This document shows, piece by piece, positions 47,670 to 58,105 of a stretch of DNA of 64,000 nucleotides (within the stretch, counting starts at the first letter, position 1; every line of letters begins with the position of its first letter). The notes under the pieces were generated by a model, which saw only the letters and a list, made by a program, of their open reading frames with translations, was not told the DNA's origin and ran no database searches. The position numbers were made by a program, and so were the translations under genes. The stretch lies in assembly GCF_057098645.1 (NCBI RefSeq), contig NZ_CM169472.1; one strand, given 5' to 3'.

Positions 47670-49934
47670 ATGGCGCACCCCGGACGTCACTTTTTTGCCA
47701 GCGCGCGCGGGCGATTGCTGCTTTTGAATTTGCTGGTGGTGGCGGTGACGTTGATGGTCAGCGGCGTGGCGGTAATGGGCTTTCGTCATGCCAGCCAGAT
47801 GCAGGAGCTGGTGCAGCAGCAAACGGTGGATGATATGACCGGCAGCCTGAATCTGGCGCGCGACACGGCAAACGTGGCAACGGCGGCGGTGCGATTGTCG
47901 CAGGTGGTGGGAGCGCTGGAATATAAAGGCGAAGCCGAGCGGTTGCAGGAGACACAGCGGGCATTAAAAAGCTCGCTTGCACAACTGGCGAACGCGCCTT
48001 TAGCGCAGCAGGAAGCCGGGCTGGTGACGCGCATCATCACGCGTAGCAACGAACTGCAAACCAGCGTCGGCGGTATGCTGGAGCGCGGGCAAAGGCGGCA
48101 TCTGGAGCGCAACGCGCTGTTAAGTTCGCTGTATCAAAACTTAAGTTATCTGCGGCATCTGCAAAAAGTCACTCACGCGCAAGATGATATTTTGCTTAAC
48201 GAGATGAACCGACTAATTGTTGCCGCTATTGCCACCCCCGCGCCGCAGGCGATTATTCATCAACTGGTCGGGGTAATGTCTGCGTTGCCGACCCACAGCG
48301 ATACGCCATTGGTTAATACGTTACTCAATGATTTCAATGATGAAATGCGTAAACTCGCGCCGCTTTCTGCCGCTCTGGAGCAAAGCGATCTGGCAATCAG
48401 CTGGTATATGTTTCACATCAAAGCGCTGGTGGCGATCCTCAATGGCGACATCAACCGTTACGCCGAACAGGTGGCGACGCTCTCCGGTCAGCGTGTGGCG
48501 CAAAGTTACCAGGATTTGCGCTCCGGCGAGAGGGTGATCATGATTTTCGCCCTGTTAGCGGTGGTGATCACCGCGTTTGCCGGCTGGTATATCTATCGCA
48601 ACCTCGGCACTAACCTGACGGCGATTTCCCGCGCCATGAGCCGCCTGGCGCACGGCGAAGCGGACGTCACTTTTCCGGCGTTACAGCGGCGTGATGAGTT
48701 GGGTGAACTGGCGCGCGCCTTTAACGTTTTTGCCCGCAATACCGAGTCACTCGAACGAACCTCACGGCTGCTAAAAGAGAAGACCACGCAGATGGAGATT
48801 GCCCAAACTGAGCGGCAGGGGTTGGAAGAGGCGCTATTACACAGCCAGAAACTGAAAGCGGTCGGGCAACTGACGGGCGGGCTGGCCCATGATTTTAATA
48901 ATCTGCTGGCGGTGATTATTGGCAGCCTGGAGCTGGTGAATCCGGACTCGCCAGACGCGCCGCGAATACAGCGGGCGCTGCAAGCTGCCGAACGTGGGGC
49001 GCTACTGACACAACGACTGCTGGCGTTTTCCCGCAAGCAGTCCTTACATCCGCAAGCCGTTGAACTGAAAACATTGCTGGAAGAGTTAAGCGAATTAATG
49101 CGCCACTCCTTACCGGCAACGCTGGCGCTGGAGATTGAAGCGCAGTCTCCGGCGTGGCCCGCGTGGATTGACATCAGCCAACTGGAAAATGCCATCATCA
49201 ACCTGGTGATGAACGCCCGTGACGCGATGGAAGGGCAGACGGGAATCATCAAAATTCGTACCTGGAATCAGCGCGTTACTCGCAGCAGTGGGCAGCGTCA
49301 GGACATGGTGGCACTGGAGGTCATCGATCATGGCAGCGGTATGTCGCAGGCGGTGAAAAGCCAGGTATTTGAGCCATTCTTTACCACCAAACAGACGGGC
49401 AGCGGCAGCGGGCTGGGGTTGTCGATGGTCTATGGTTTTGTGCGCCAGTCCGGTGGGCGCGTTGAAATTGAAAGCGCGCCGGGGCAGGGGACAACGGTCA
49501 GATTACAGCTTCCCCGCGCGCTGACGGCGGCGAAAAACCTATCGCCAGCGGCAGTAGAACAGGCTTCTGTCAGCGGCGATAAACTGGTGTTAGTGCTGGA
49601 AGATGAAGCCGCGGTGCGCCAGACCATCTGCGAACAGTTGCACCTGCTGGGCTATTTGACGCTGGAAGCAAGCAGCGGCGAACAGGCGCTGGATCTGCTG
49701 GCGGCATCAGCAGAAATCGATATTTTTATCAGCGATTTAATGCTCCCCGGCGGCATGAGCGGCGCAGAAGTGGTCAATGCGGCCCGCAAACTTTACCCGC
49801 ACCTGACGCTGCTACTCATCAGCGGTCAGGATTTACGCCCCAGCCATAACCCCGCGCTGCCAGACGTGGCGCTGTTGCGCAAACCCTTTACCCGTGCGCA
49901 GTTGGCGCAGGCGCTGGGGCAAATTGAGGGATGA
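47670..49934 (+). CDS. Hybrid sensor histidine kinase (periplasmic sensor, HAMP, HisKA, HATPase, C-terminal receiver)
   Basis: Start trimmed to ATG 47670 (MAHPGRHFF...); two TM segments flanking a roughly 270-aa helical periplasmic domain; H-box GGLAHDFNNLL; ATP lid DHGSGM, GSGLGLS; receiver with Asp in IFISDLMLPG. No HPt domain. Confidence 0.85.
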   Translation: MAHPGRHFFASARGRLLLLNLLVVAVTLMVSGVAVMGFRHASQMQELVQQQTVDDMTGSLNLARDTANVATAAVRLSQVVGALEYKGEAERLQETQRALKSSLAQLANAPLAQQEAGLVTRIITRSNELQTSVGGMLERGQRRHLERNALLSSLYQNLSYLRHLQKVTHAQDDILLNEMNRLIVAAIATPAPQAIIHQLVGVMSALPTHSDTPLVNTLLNDFNDEMRKLAPLSAALEQSDLAISWYMFHIKALVAILNGDINRYAEQVATLSGQRVAQSYQDLRSGERVIMIFALLAVVITAFAGWYIYRNLGTNLTAISRAMSRLAHGEADVTFPALQRRDELGELARAFNVFARNTESLERTSRLLKEKTTQMEIAQTERQGLEEALLHSQKLKAVGQLTGGLAHDFNNLLAVIIGSLELVNPDSPDAPRIQRALQAAERGALLTQRLLAFSRKQSLHPQAVELKTLLEELSELMRHSLPATLALEIEAQSPAWPAWIDISQLENAIINLVMNARDAMEGQTGIIKIRTWNQRVTRSSGQRQDMVALEVIDHGSGMSQAVKSQVFEPFFTTKQTGSGSGLGLSMVYGFVRQSGGRVEIESAPGQGTTVRLQLPRALTAAKNLSPAAVEQASVSGDKLVLVLEDEAAVRQTICEQLHLLGYLTLEASSGEQALDLLAASAEIDIFISDLMLPGGMSGAEVVNAARKLYPHLTLLLISGQDLRPSHNPALPDVALLRKPFTRAQLAQALGQIEG

Positions 49935-50346
49935 TTTTCAGAATTTATCAAGAGGCCTGAAGCAAATGTGCTGCTATTGTGAGCAATTCTGTTCTGAATG
50001 GGATATAAAAGGAATTATGCCAGTACTGACAAGAGGCGATTCACATATGATCGTGATGCCAACCACCTATAGCGATTTCAGTGTTTGTATTAGACACTGA
50101 ACAAGGGGCATTTTGGCCTTATGATGGCACGAAAGTGATCTACGATGGCGGTTGCATTCCGGAAGAGCGTATCTGGAGTATTTCACCGGATCAAAAATGT
50201 CATGGCATTGTGCTGGTGGCGGAAAATAAACAGCGAGCTAACCAGCTAATGGAAGAGTCTGCGCCTTACCGAATTTGAGATTACTCCGCTACTCCGGTCA
50301 TTCACACTCAACTAACGTTAAGCCAGTCCATCGCAGAGACTGGCTT

Positions 50347-50676
50347 ATGAAACCTTACTCCACGCTTTTTCTTTTCAGCCTGCTCACGCTGACCACCGTA
50401 CCGGCCCAGGCCGATATTATCGACGACACCATTGGCAATATTCAGCAGGCGATTAACGATGCTTATAACCCTGACCGTGGGCGAGATTATGAAGATTCGC
50501 GCGACGACGGCTGGCAGCGTGAAGTGAGCGACGATCGGCGCAGACAATATGACGACCGCCGTCGCCAGTTTGAAGATCGTCGCAGGCAACTGGACGATCG
50601 CCAGCACCAGCTTGATCAGGAGCGTCGGCAGCTAGAAGATGAAGAGCGGAGAATGGAAGATGAGTATGGGCAATGA
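50347..50676 (+). CDS. yjdP: Secreted low-complexity Arg/Asp/Gln-repeat protein
   Basis: 109 aa from MKPYSTLFLFSLLTLTTVPAQA; repeated DDRRRQ-type units; upstream of phnP as in K-12. Confidence 0.75.
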   Translation: MKPYSTLFLFSLLTLTTVPAQADIIDDTIGNIQQAINDAYNPDRGRDYEDSRDDGWQREVSDDRRRQYDDRRRQFEDRRRQLDDRQHQLDQERRQLEDEERRMEDEYGQ

Positions 50677-50752
50677 TGTTGGGTATGGAGCAGGCATCGC
50701 CCCTCTGGGGAGAGGGTTAGGGTGAGGGGGCCAGCACGCACATTCCCTCTCA

Positions 50753-51511
50753 TCACGCCACCCCAATCTCCATCCCATCAAACCCCGCCTCAAACCCCGA
50801 CGGCAGTGTGTTTTCCATCAGCCATGCATCAAACTGATGGCTGATGTGCGTCAGAATCACGCGCGGCGAGCGGATAACCTGATTCAGCGCAAGCACGGTA
50901 TTTAAATCACAGTGATTACGCGGTGCATCCTCGCACGGCGGGTGGCTGCAATCAATCACCATTACCTGCGGCTGATTATTGCGTAAAAATTTCAGCGTTT
51001 TTTCCGGCAAGCCAGCGGTGTCAGACAGCCACGCCACCCGGCTGTGCGCCGTTTCCAGCAGATAACCGAAGGTCAGTTTTGAGTGGTTGAGCGGCAGGGG
51101 CGTGACCTGTAACCCCTGCAAATCAAACACCACAAACGGTTCCACCGTGTGGCTGAAATCAAGCAGGTCCGGATGTTTAAACAGATCGTCGCAGCCCTGT
51201 TCATCCGGCGGGCCGTAGACCGGGATCGGATCGCCCACGCCCCAGCGCAGCGGAAACAGCCCCTGGACGTGATCCATATGGTAGTGCGTCAGCAAAAACT
51301 GCTGGAACGATCCTGGCGACCAGCGAGCGGTGAGATCGTGCAGCCCGGCGTCGATCAGGGTGATCGCCTCGTTAAACTTCACTACGCCGCTGCACGGTTG
51401 GCGGCGATAGTGCGGTGAGCGCCGCGCTCTGGCGCAGGCCGCACACTCGCAGCCCCATGCCGGAACGCCCTGTGCGCCGCCGGTGCCGGTGAGCGTGAGG
51501 GTCAGGCTCAT
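50753..51511 (-). CDS. phnP: Phosphonate-pathway cyclic phosphodiesterase (MBL fold)
   Basis: 252 aa, HYHMDH metallo-beta-lactamase motif. Confidence 0.9.
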   Translation of the reverse strand: MSLTLTLTGTGGAQGVPAWGCECAACARARRSPHYRRQPCSGVVKFNEAITLIDAGLHDLTARWSPGSFQQFLLTHYHMDHVQGLFPLRWGVGDPIPVYGPPDEQGCDDLFKHPDLLDFSHTVEPFVVFDLQGLQVTPLPLNHSKLTFGYLLETAHSRVAWLSDTAGLPEKTLKFLRNNQPQVMVIDCSHPPCEDAPRNHCDLNTVLALNQVIRSPRVILTHISHQFDAWLMENTLPSGFEAGFDGMEIGVA

Positions 51512-51512
51512 G

Positions 51513-51947
51513 TTACAGCGCCTTCGTGAAGCGGAAGTGGCTCTGCTCGTAGCCTTCGCGCAGATAGAAACGGTGTGCGTCGTGGCGCTTCACGTTGGTC
51601 GAAAGCTCGGTCATTTCGGCCCCGGCCTGGCGGGCTTCTTCTTCTGCCCACGCCAGTAACTTACTGCCGACGTTCAGACCGCGCGCCTGCGGCATCACCA
51701 CCAGTTCCTGAATTTCGCCGATCCAGTTGACATGATGCAGATGAAACTGCAAATGCAGGCCGATCATGCCGACAACTTCGCCATCCAGCAGCGCCAAATG
51801 GTAGCGCATGTTCGGGTCGCGTAGGTTAGCGTTAAAGCCCACGCGAAACGCGTGATGGTCAAACTCCGCCTGTTTTAGCTCACAAATCAGCGCGTAAACC
51901 GCGTCGGTGTCGTACTGCGTGGCCGGGCGAAGCTCACAAGCAGGCAT
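51513..51947 (-). CDS. phnO: Aminoalkylphosphonate N-acetyltransferase (GNAT)
   Basis: 144 aa GNAT-fold ORF. Confidence 0.9.
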
Positions 51948-52491
51948 GGTGTTTCTCCTTCTGATGAATCAGCGTCAGCAGCGTGTCGACCGACTGGCGC
52001 AGGCTACCGTCATTATTGAGCGTATGGCAATCCTGTGGAGTATAGCGGGCAGCGCGCGCCAGCCGGGCGTTAATTTCACTGGCGTTTTCGCGTCCACGGT
52101 TTTCCAGGCGCTGGCGCAGGATCTCTGGCGACACCTGTAAGCAGATGGGCAGCAGCGCCGATGCATAGCGCGCCCGCGCCTGCGGCAGATGGGCGCGTGA
52201 GCCGTTGACCAGCACGTCGAATCCGGCGTGCAGCCAGAGGTCAATCTCGACGCCGACGCCATAATACAGACCGTTGGCGTGCCAGCTTAAGGCCAGCAGA
52301 TTTTGCCCCGCGCGGGTAAAAAACTCCTGCTCGCTCAGGGCGATATGGTTTTCGCTTCCAGCGCTGGCATCGCGCGTGATGTAGCGATGCGCCACCAGTA
52401 GCTGCGCCTGTTCCCGCAGGCGGAGTTCCGCCAGCAGGCTGTCTTTCCCGGAGCCGGACGGCCCCATTAACCAAATCAGTTTTCCCGTCAT
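51934..52491 (-). CDS. phnN: Ribose 1,5-bisphosphate phosphokinase
   Basis: 185 aa, P-loop [10 protein letters not shown]. Confidence 0.9.
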
Positions 52492-53627
52492 CAGAACACC
52501 CTTTTACCCTGACGCCAGACGTGGTCGATATGAATGTGATTGCCCTTGCGATGCGCCAGCACCAGGTCCGCGCGATTGCCCTCGCCAATCACCCCGCGAT
52601 CCTGGAGATTAAGCGCTTGCGCCGGATTTTTAGTCACCAGCCTCACCGCCTGCGGCAGCGTAAAGCGGTTGCTCTGGTCATCGGCCACGCGGAACGCCGC
52701 ATCCAGCAGGCTGGCGGGGTAGTAGTCGGAAGAGAGGATATCCAGCAGGCCAAGCTGCGCCAGTTCACTGGCCGCCACGTTGCCGGAGTGCGAACCGCCG
52801 CGCACGATATTCGGCGCGCCCATCAGCACGTTCATGCCATGCTTGCGCGAGGCTTGTGCCGCTTCGAACGTGGTGGGAAATTCGGCGATCACGCTGCCAA
52901 GCTGGTGGGATTCGGCAACGTGGGCGTGCGTGGCGTCATCGTGGCTGGCGAGGGCAATTTGTCTTGCGCGGCACAGGGCGGCGATAGTTTCGCGATTCGG
53001 CTGCGACCAGCGTGCGGCGAGCGCCAGTTGCTCTTCTTCGTACTGCTGCATCTGCGCATCGGTGAGCGAGTATTTGCCCTGATAATACTCGCGATACTTC
53101 TCGCGGTTGGCGAACTGGCGCTGGCCCGGCGAGTGATCCATCAGCGACACCAGCGTCACCGGCTCGCGCTGCACCAGTTTTTCAAACAGCGGCAGCGTAG
53201 TGTGATGCGGCAGTTCGCAGCGCAGATGCAGGCGGTGCTCGGCGCGGTTGACGCCGCGTTTCTGCGTCTCTTCGATGGCGTTGATCATCTTCTCCAGATT
53301 TTCCAGCCGATCGCCGCCGTCGCGCACGTCGCCAATTGCTACGGCATCCAGTACGGTGGTGATGCCGCTCGCCACCATCAGCGCGTCGTGGCTGCTCATC
53401 GCCGAGTGGGCGGGCCAGTCCACTTTCGGGCGCGGGGTGAAGAATTTATCCAGGTTATCGGTATGCAGCTCAATCAGCCCCGGCAGCAGCCAGCCGCCTT
53501 CGCCGTCCATCGCCTCCGGCAGGCGGCTCTGGCTTTCGGCAAAGGCGCGGATTTCGCCGTCCTGCACCTCCAGCGAACCGTGTACCACCTCGTTTTCCAG
53601 CACCAGTTTGACGTTATTGATAATCAT
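52491..53627 (-). CDS. phnM: RPnTP diphosphatase (amidohydrolase fold)
   Basis: 378 aa; metal-binding LHTDNLDK region. Confidence 0.9.
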   Translation of the reverse strand: MIINNVKLVLENEVVHGSLEVQDGEIRAFAESQSRLPEAMDGEGGWLLPGLIELHTDNLDKFFTPRPKVDWPAHSAMSSHDALMVASGITTVLDAVAIGDVRDGGDRLENLEKMINAIEETQKRGVNRAEHRLHLRCELPHHTTLPLFEKLVQREPVTLVSLMDHSPGQRQFANREKYREYYQGKYSLTDAQMQQYEEEQLALAARWSQPNRETIAALCRARQIALASHDDATHAHVAESHQLGSVIAEFPTTFEAAQASRKHGMNVLMGAPNIVRGGSHSGNVAASELAQLGLLDILSSDYYPASLLDAAFRVADDQSNRFTLPQAVRLVTKNPAQALNLQDRGVIGEGNRADLVLAHRKGNHIHIDHVWRQGKRVF

Positions 53628-54304
53628 GCAGAGGCTCCCATTGGGTGCAGGCGGTCGGCGACGTCATTGCGTACGGCTTCGTCATGGAAGATGCCGACGA
53701 TGGCCGCGCCGCGGGCTTTGGCTTCGCGGATCAGTTCGACTACGGCGGCGCTGTTTTTGGCGTCCAGCGAGGCGGTAGGTTCGTCGAGCAGCAGAATCGG
53801 GTAGTCGACGATAAAGCCGCGGGCGATGTTGACGCGCTGCTGTTCGCCGCCGGAGAAGGTCGATGGCGCCAGATGCCACAGGCGTTCCGGCACGTTCAGG
53901 CGGGTGAGCAGACGCGCGGCTTTAGCGGCGCAGGCTTCACGCGGAACGCCGGTATCGAGCAGCGGCTGCATCACCACTTCCAGCGCCGAAATACGCGGGA
54001 TGACGCGCAGAAACTGGCTCACCCAGCCAACGGTGGTTTTGCGGATTTCCACCACTTTGCGCGCTGGCGCGGTGACCAGATCGACCCATTCGTCACCGTG
54101 TTTGATCTGGATTTGCCCTTCGTCGGGCAGATAGTTGGCGTACAGCGAGCGTAGCAGGGTTGATTTTCCGCTGCCGGAATGGCCGTGGAGCACCACGCAT
54201 TCGCCCGCGTTGACGGTGAGCGAGGCGCGGTTGAGGACGGGCAGGCGCACGCCGTTTTGCTGGTGCAGGATGAAGGTTTTACTGACGTTTTGTACGTTAA
54301 TCAT
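53624..54304 (-). CDS. phnL: C-P lyase system ATP-binding protein PhnL
   Basis: 226 aa from [11 protein letters not shown]; Walker [11 protein letters not shown]; ORF-track entry has an upstream extension. Confidence 0.9.
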   Translation of the reverse strand: MINVQNVSKTFILHQQNGVRLPVLNRASLTVNAGECVVLHGHSGSGKSTLLRSLYANYLPDEGQIQIKHGDEWVDLVTAPARKVVEIRKTTVGWVSQFLRVIPRISALEVVMQPLLDTGVPREACAAKAARLLTRLNVPERLWHLAPSTFSGGEQQRVNIARGFIVDYPILLLDEPTASLDAKNSAAVVELIREAKARGAAIVGIFHDEAVRNDVADRLHPMGASA

Positions 54305-54323
54305 TTTTCGCCTCGTGGTTCGG

Positions 54324-54408
<85 letters not shown>

Positions 54409-54414
54409 ACCGGC

Positions 54415-55173
54415 TCAATTCTGCAAAACCGATGACACCAGCAGTTGGGTATACGGATGGTGCGGGTCGTCGAGCACGCGGTCGGTTAACCCACTCTCCA
54501 CCACCTTCCCCTGCTTCATCACCAGCAAACGGTCCGCCAGCAGGCGGGCGACGCCCAGATCATGGGTGACAATCACCACCGCCAGATTCAGCTCCACCAC
54601 CAGACCGCGCAGCAGGTCGAGCAGGCGCGCCTGCACCGACACATCCAGCCCGCCGGTTGGTTCGTCCATAAATACCAGCTTCGGATGCGTCACCAGGTTG
54701 CGGGCAATCTGCAAACGTTGCTGCATGCCGCCGGAAAAGGTGGTCGGCAGGTCGTCGATACGGTTGGCGGGAATTTCCACCTCTTCCAGCCACTTCTGCG
54801 CGGTGGCGCGAATATCGCCGTAATGACGCGCCCCGGTCGCCATCAGCCGCTCGCCGATATTGCCCCCTGCCGAGACCTGGCGGCGCAGGCCGTCGAGCGG
54901 ATGCTGATGCACTACGCCCCATTCGGTGCGCAGCAGGCGACGGCGGTCGGCCTCGCTCATGCCATAGAGGGAACGGTTTTCATAGTGAATCTCCCCCTGC
55001 TGCGGCGTCAGACGCGCGGAAATTGATTTCAGCAGCGTGGTCTTCCCGGAGCCGGACTCCCCGACAATGCCCAGCACTTCCCCCGGCCATAAATCAAAAG
55101 AGACATCGCTAAAGCCTTTGCCCGGCGCGTAAAGGTGGGTCAGGTTATTGACCGAAAGTAACGGTTGATTCAT
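54415..55173 (-). CDS. phnK: C-P lyase system ATP-binding protein PhnK
   Basis: 252 aa from [11 protein letters not shown]; Walker [11 protein letters not shown]. Confidence 0.9.
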   Translation of the reverse strand: MNQPLLSVNNLTHLYAPGKGFSDVSFDLWPGEVLGIVGESGSGKTTLLKSISARLTPQQGEIHYENRSLYGMSEADRRRLLRTEWGVVHQHPLDGLRRQVSAGGNIGERLMATGARHYGDIRATAQKWLEEVEIPANRIDDLPTTFSGGMQQRLQIARNLVTHPKLVFMDEPTGGLDVSVQARLLDLLRGLVVELNLAVVIVTHDLGVARLLADRLLVMKQGKVVESGLTDRVLDDPHHPYTQLLVSSVLQN

Positions 55174-56015
55174 TGGTTTTTTGCCTCGCTCTGTTGGCGG
55201 CAATAATCGGTATCGGAGCAGACAAACATGCGGTTTCCGGCGTCATCCAGCACCACTTCATCAAGATAGCTGTGGGTCGATCCGCAGATGGCGCATGGTT
55301 CATCCCACTGCTGAACGGTGAACGGGTGATCGTCGAAATCGAGGCTTTCCACGCGGGTAAACGGCGGCACCGCATAGATGCGCTTCTCGCGCCCCGCGCC
55401 GAACAGTTGCAGGGCGGGCATCATGTCCATTTTCGGGTTATCGAATTTCGGGATCGGCGACGGGTCCATTACGTAGCGCCCGTTCACCTTCACCGGATAG
55501 GCGTAGGTGGTGGCGATATGACCGAAGCGGGCGATATCTTCATACAGCTTCACCTGCATCACGCCGTACTCCTCCAGCGCGTGCATGGTGCGGGTTTCCG
55601 TTTCGCGCGGCTCGATAAAGCGCAGCGGTTCGGGGATCGGCACCTGGAAAATAATGATCTGATCTTCCGTCAGCGGCGTTTCGGGGATGCGGTGGCGGGT
55701 CTGGATAAGCGTCGCATCGTCCGTGCGCTCGGTGGTGTTCACCCCGGTCACGCGCTTAAAGAAGTTGCGAATCGATACGGCGTTGGTGGTGTCATCCGCG
55801 CCCTGGTCAATCACCTTCAACACGTCGCTTTCGCCAATCACGCTGGCGGTGAGTTGTATGCCACCGGTTCCCCAGCCGTATGGCATCGGCATCTCGCGCC
55901 CGCCAAACGGCACCTGATAACCGGGGATCGCCACCGCTTTTAAGATGGCGCGGCGGATCATGCGTTTGGTCTGCTCGTCGAGGTAGGCAAAGTTGTAGCC
56001 GCTCAGATTAGCCAT
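55170..56015 (-). CDS. phnJ: C-P lyase catalytic subunit (radical SAM-like, Fe-S)
   Basis: 281 aa from MANLSGYNFAYLDEQTKRMIRRA...; C-terminal cysteine cluster CAICGSTHSYLDEVVLDDAGNRMFVCSDTDYC. Confidence 0.9.
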   Translation of the reverse strand: MANLSGYNFAYLDEQTKRMIRRAILKAVAIPGYQVPFGGREMPMPYGWGTGGIQLTASVIGESDVLKVIDQGADDTTNAVSIRNFFKRVTGVNTTERTDDATLIQTRHRIPETPLTEDQIIIFQVPIPEPLRFIEPRETETRTMHALEEYGVMQVKLYEDIARFGHIATTYAYPVKVNGRYVMDPSPIPKFDNPKMDMMPALQLFGAGREKRIYAVPPFTRVESLDFDDHPFTVQQWDEPCAICGSTHSYLDEVVLDDAGNRMFVCSDTDYCRQQSEAKNQ

Positions 56016-57072
56016 GGTTCTGCTCCTGTTGCAGACGTTTGAGTAGCTCCAGTTCGGCCTGGAAATCGACGTAGTGCGGGAGTTTGAGGTGCGAGACAAA
56101 GCCTGCGGCTTCGACGTTGTCGGCATGCGCCAGCACGAACTCTTCATCCTGCGCCGGGCCTGTCGCGTGCTCGCCGTACTCCGGGGCCTGCAACGCACGA
56201 TCGACTAGCGCCATTGCCATCGCTTTGCGCTCGCTCATGCCGAACACCAGCCCGTAGCCGCGTGTAAAATGCGGTGGTTCATCCGGCGGATCGATAAAAC
56301 CGTTGACCATTTCACACTCGGTCATCAGCAGTTCGCCGACGTTTACCGCAAATCCCAGCTCTTCCGGCACAATCGACACGTCGATGTAACCACTGCGGAT
56401 TTCACCCGCGAACGGGTGATTGCGCCCGTAACCGCGTTGGGTGGAGTAGGCCAGCGCCAGCAAATAGCCTTCGTCGCCGCGCATCAACTGCTGCAAACGG
56501 GAAGAACGTGAGCAGGGGTAAACCGGCGGCGTGCGGGTGATGTCATCCGGCTGTGCGCCGCTATCCTCTTCAAACTTCGCCAGCCCCTGACGCGCAAGCA
56601 GGCTGAAAACGTGCGGCGACGGCTGTTGTTCGCTGTCGGCGGTGGTCAGCGTTGGCGCTTCGCCGTTTGCCAGCAGGGTGAAATCGAGCAGGCGATGGGT
56701 GTAGTCGTAGGTTGGGCCAAGCAGTTGGCCGCCGGGAATATCTTTATAAACAGCGGAGATACGCCGTTCGAGACGCATCCCGGTGGTGTCGAGCGGTTCG
56801 CTCACCGCCAGCTTCGCCAGCGTGGTGCGGTAGGCGCGCAGCAGAAAAATCGCTTCGACGTTATCGCCGCTGGCCTGTTTCAGCGCCAGCGCCGCCAGTT
56901 CGCGGTCGGCAATGCCGCCTTCGGTCATCACGCGATCTACCGCGAGGTTAAGCTGCTGTTCAATCTGGGCGACGCTCAGTTCGGGCAAATCGGTATCGCC
57001 CCGGCGTCGGCTCTCTTGCAGGGCGTGGGCGGCGTCGATCGCCTTTTCGCCCCCTTTTACGGCAACGTACAT
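56008..57072 (-). CDS. phnI: C-P lyase core complex subunit PhnI
   Basis: 354 aa from [16 protein letters not shown]... Confidence 0.9.
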   Translation of the reverse strand: MYVAVKGGEKAIDAAHALQESRRRGDTDLPELSVAQIEQQLNLAVDRVMTEGGIADRELAALALKQASGDNVEAIFLLRAYRTTLAKLAVSEPLDTTGMRLERRISAVYKDIPGGQLLGPTYDYTHRLLDFTLLANGEAPTLTTADSEQQPSPHVFSLLARQGLAKFEEDSGAQPDDITRTPPVYPCSRSSRLQQLMRGDEGYLLALAYSTQRGYGRNHPFAGEIRSGYIDVSIVPEELGFAVNVGELLMTECEMVNGFIDPPDEPPHFTRGYGLVFGMSERKAMAMALVDRALQAPEYGEHATGPAQDEEFVLAHADNVEAAGFVSHLKLPHYVDFQAELELLKRLQQEQNHG

Positions 57073-57656
57073 CAGCACACCTCCACATGAGTGGTTCGCG
57101 GAATAGCCAGCAGGCGTTCGCCGCAGGTCAGGATCAGGTCGATGCCGAGCGGGAACGGGTGCGGGCGCTCGGTGAGTTCGTGCAGAATGCTCTCCGGCAG
57201 CTGCGGAGCGATCATTCGTTCTTCGGCAATACCCGCGCCGGTGAGGCGCAGCATGCGCCCGCCGCTCAGGCTGGCAACCTGTAAAATCAGCGTTGCGCCC
57301 GCTTCCGGCGCAACGGCGGTGCCGGTGGAAAGGGCGTTAAGCTGTTCGCTGGAAATCGCCTCATCCGTTACCGCGAAGGTCGCCTGTTCCGGCTGGCTGA
57401 CCAGCGGCGCGTTGGTATGAAAACGCAGGCTCTGGTTGACGATATCGTTACTTAATGGCGCGGAAAGCCACACCGGCGTGTCGTTATCGGCCAGCGTCAG
57501 CAGCACGCTGGTGGTGGCGATATTCAGCGGCTGCCAGCCGCGTTTGAGCTGATGCAGGGCGACAATCACGCCCGGCTCGCTCATGGCCTTTAACAGGCGA
57601 CGAAAACTGTGCTGGGCATCCTGCACAGGAAGCATAAAAGCGGTTTCCAGGGTCAT
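57072..57656 (-). CDS. phnH: C-P lyase core complex subunit PhnH
   Basis: 194-aa ORF, overlapping neighbours. Confidence 0.9.
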   Translation of the reverse strand: MTLETAFMLPVQDAQHSFRRLLKAMSEPGVIVALHQLKRGWQPLNIATTSVLLTLADNDTPVWLSAPLSNDIVNQSLRFHTNAPLVSQPEQATFAVTDEAISSEQLNALSTGTAVAPEAGATLILQVASLSGGRMLRLTGAGIAEERMIAPQLPESILHELTERPHPFPLGIDLILTCGERLLAIPRTTHVEVC

Positions 57657-58105
57657 GCGTTATCTCCGCGAACCATCGTAAAGAAATCGACCCGGCTGGT
57701 GTTCACTTCGGCCTGGCGTGCGGCAATGCGTGCCATACGGTCAGCGTCCAGCGGGGCAATAAGGGTTTCTGATAAGTTTTGAAAATGGCGGGTTTGCTGC
57801 ATCAGCGCGTCAATCAGCGCGCAGCGTTCGGCGTGCTGTTTGTCGCGCCCCAGCACCCAGCTGTAGCCGAGCGTGCCGTCAGCCAGGCGTACGGCGGCGC
57901 GGGTGAGCGTGGCGTCGCCAGCAAAAAAGCGTTCGCCAGTGCCGCCCATCCGCGCCTGAATCTGTACCAGGCCGGTTTCAGCGGCGCGGATCACCTCATA
58001 GTCGGCGGTGATGTTCAGCGCGTTCAGGCGGGCTGCCAGTTCAGCCGGTTGGCTGTGCGCCAGTACGGACATCCAGTGCTGGCGGGTCGCGGTATCTGCG
58101 TGCAT
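57653..58105 (-). CDS. phnG: C-P lyase core complex subunit PhnG
   Basis: 150-aa ORF. Confidence 0.9.
   Translation of the reverse strand: MHADTATRQHWMSVLAHSQPAELAARLNALNITADYEVIRAAETGLVQIQARMGGTGERFFAGDATLTRAAVRLADGTLGYSWVLGRDKQHAERCALIDALMQQTRHFQNLSETLIAPLDADRMARIAARQAEVNTSRVDFFTMVRGDNA

Noticed and set aside
40512-50346. Possibility that the accessory module is a classical mobile island (integrase, IS element, tRNA attachment site, flanking direct repeats)
   Set aside because: No integrase or transposase ORF, no tRNA gene and no obvious flanking direct repeats seen by eye; base composition looks host-like. More consistent with an old replacement by homologous recombination in the flanking core genes.
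52521-53804. 427-aa plus-strand ORF across phnM and phnL
   Set aside because: Antisense to two overlapping, well-supported phn genes; no motifs.
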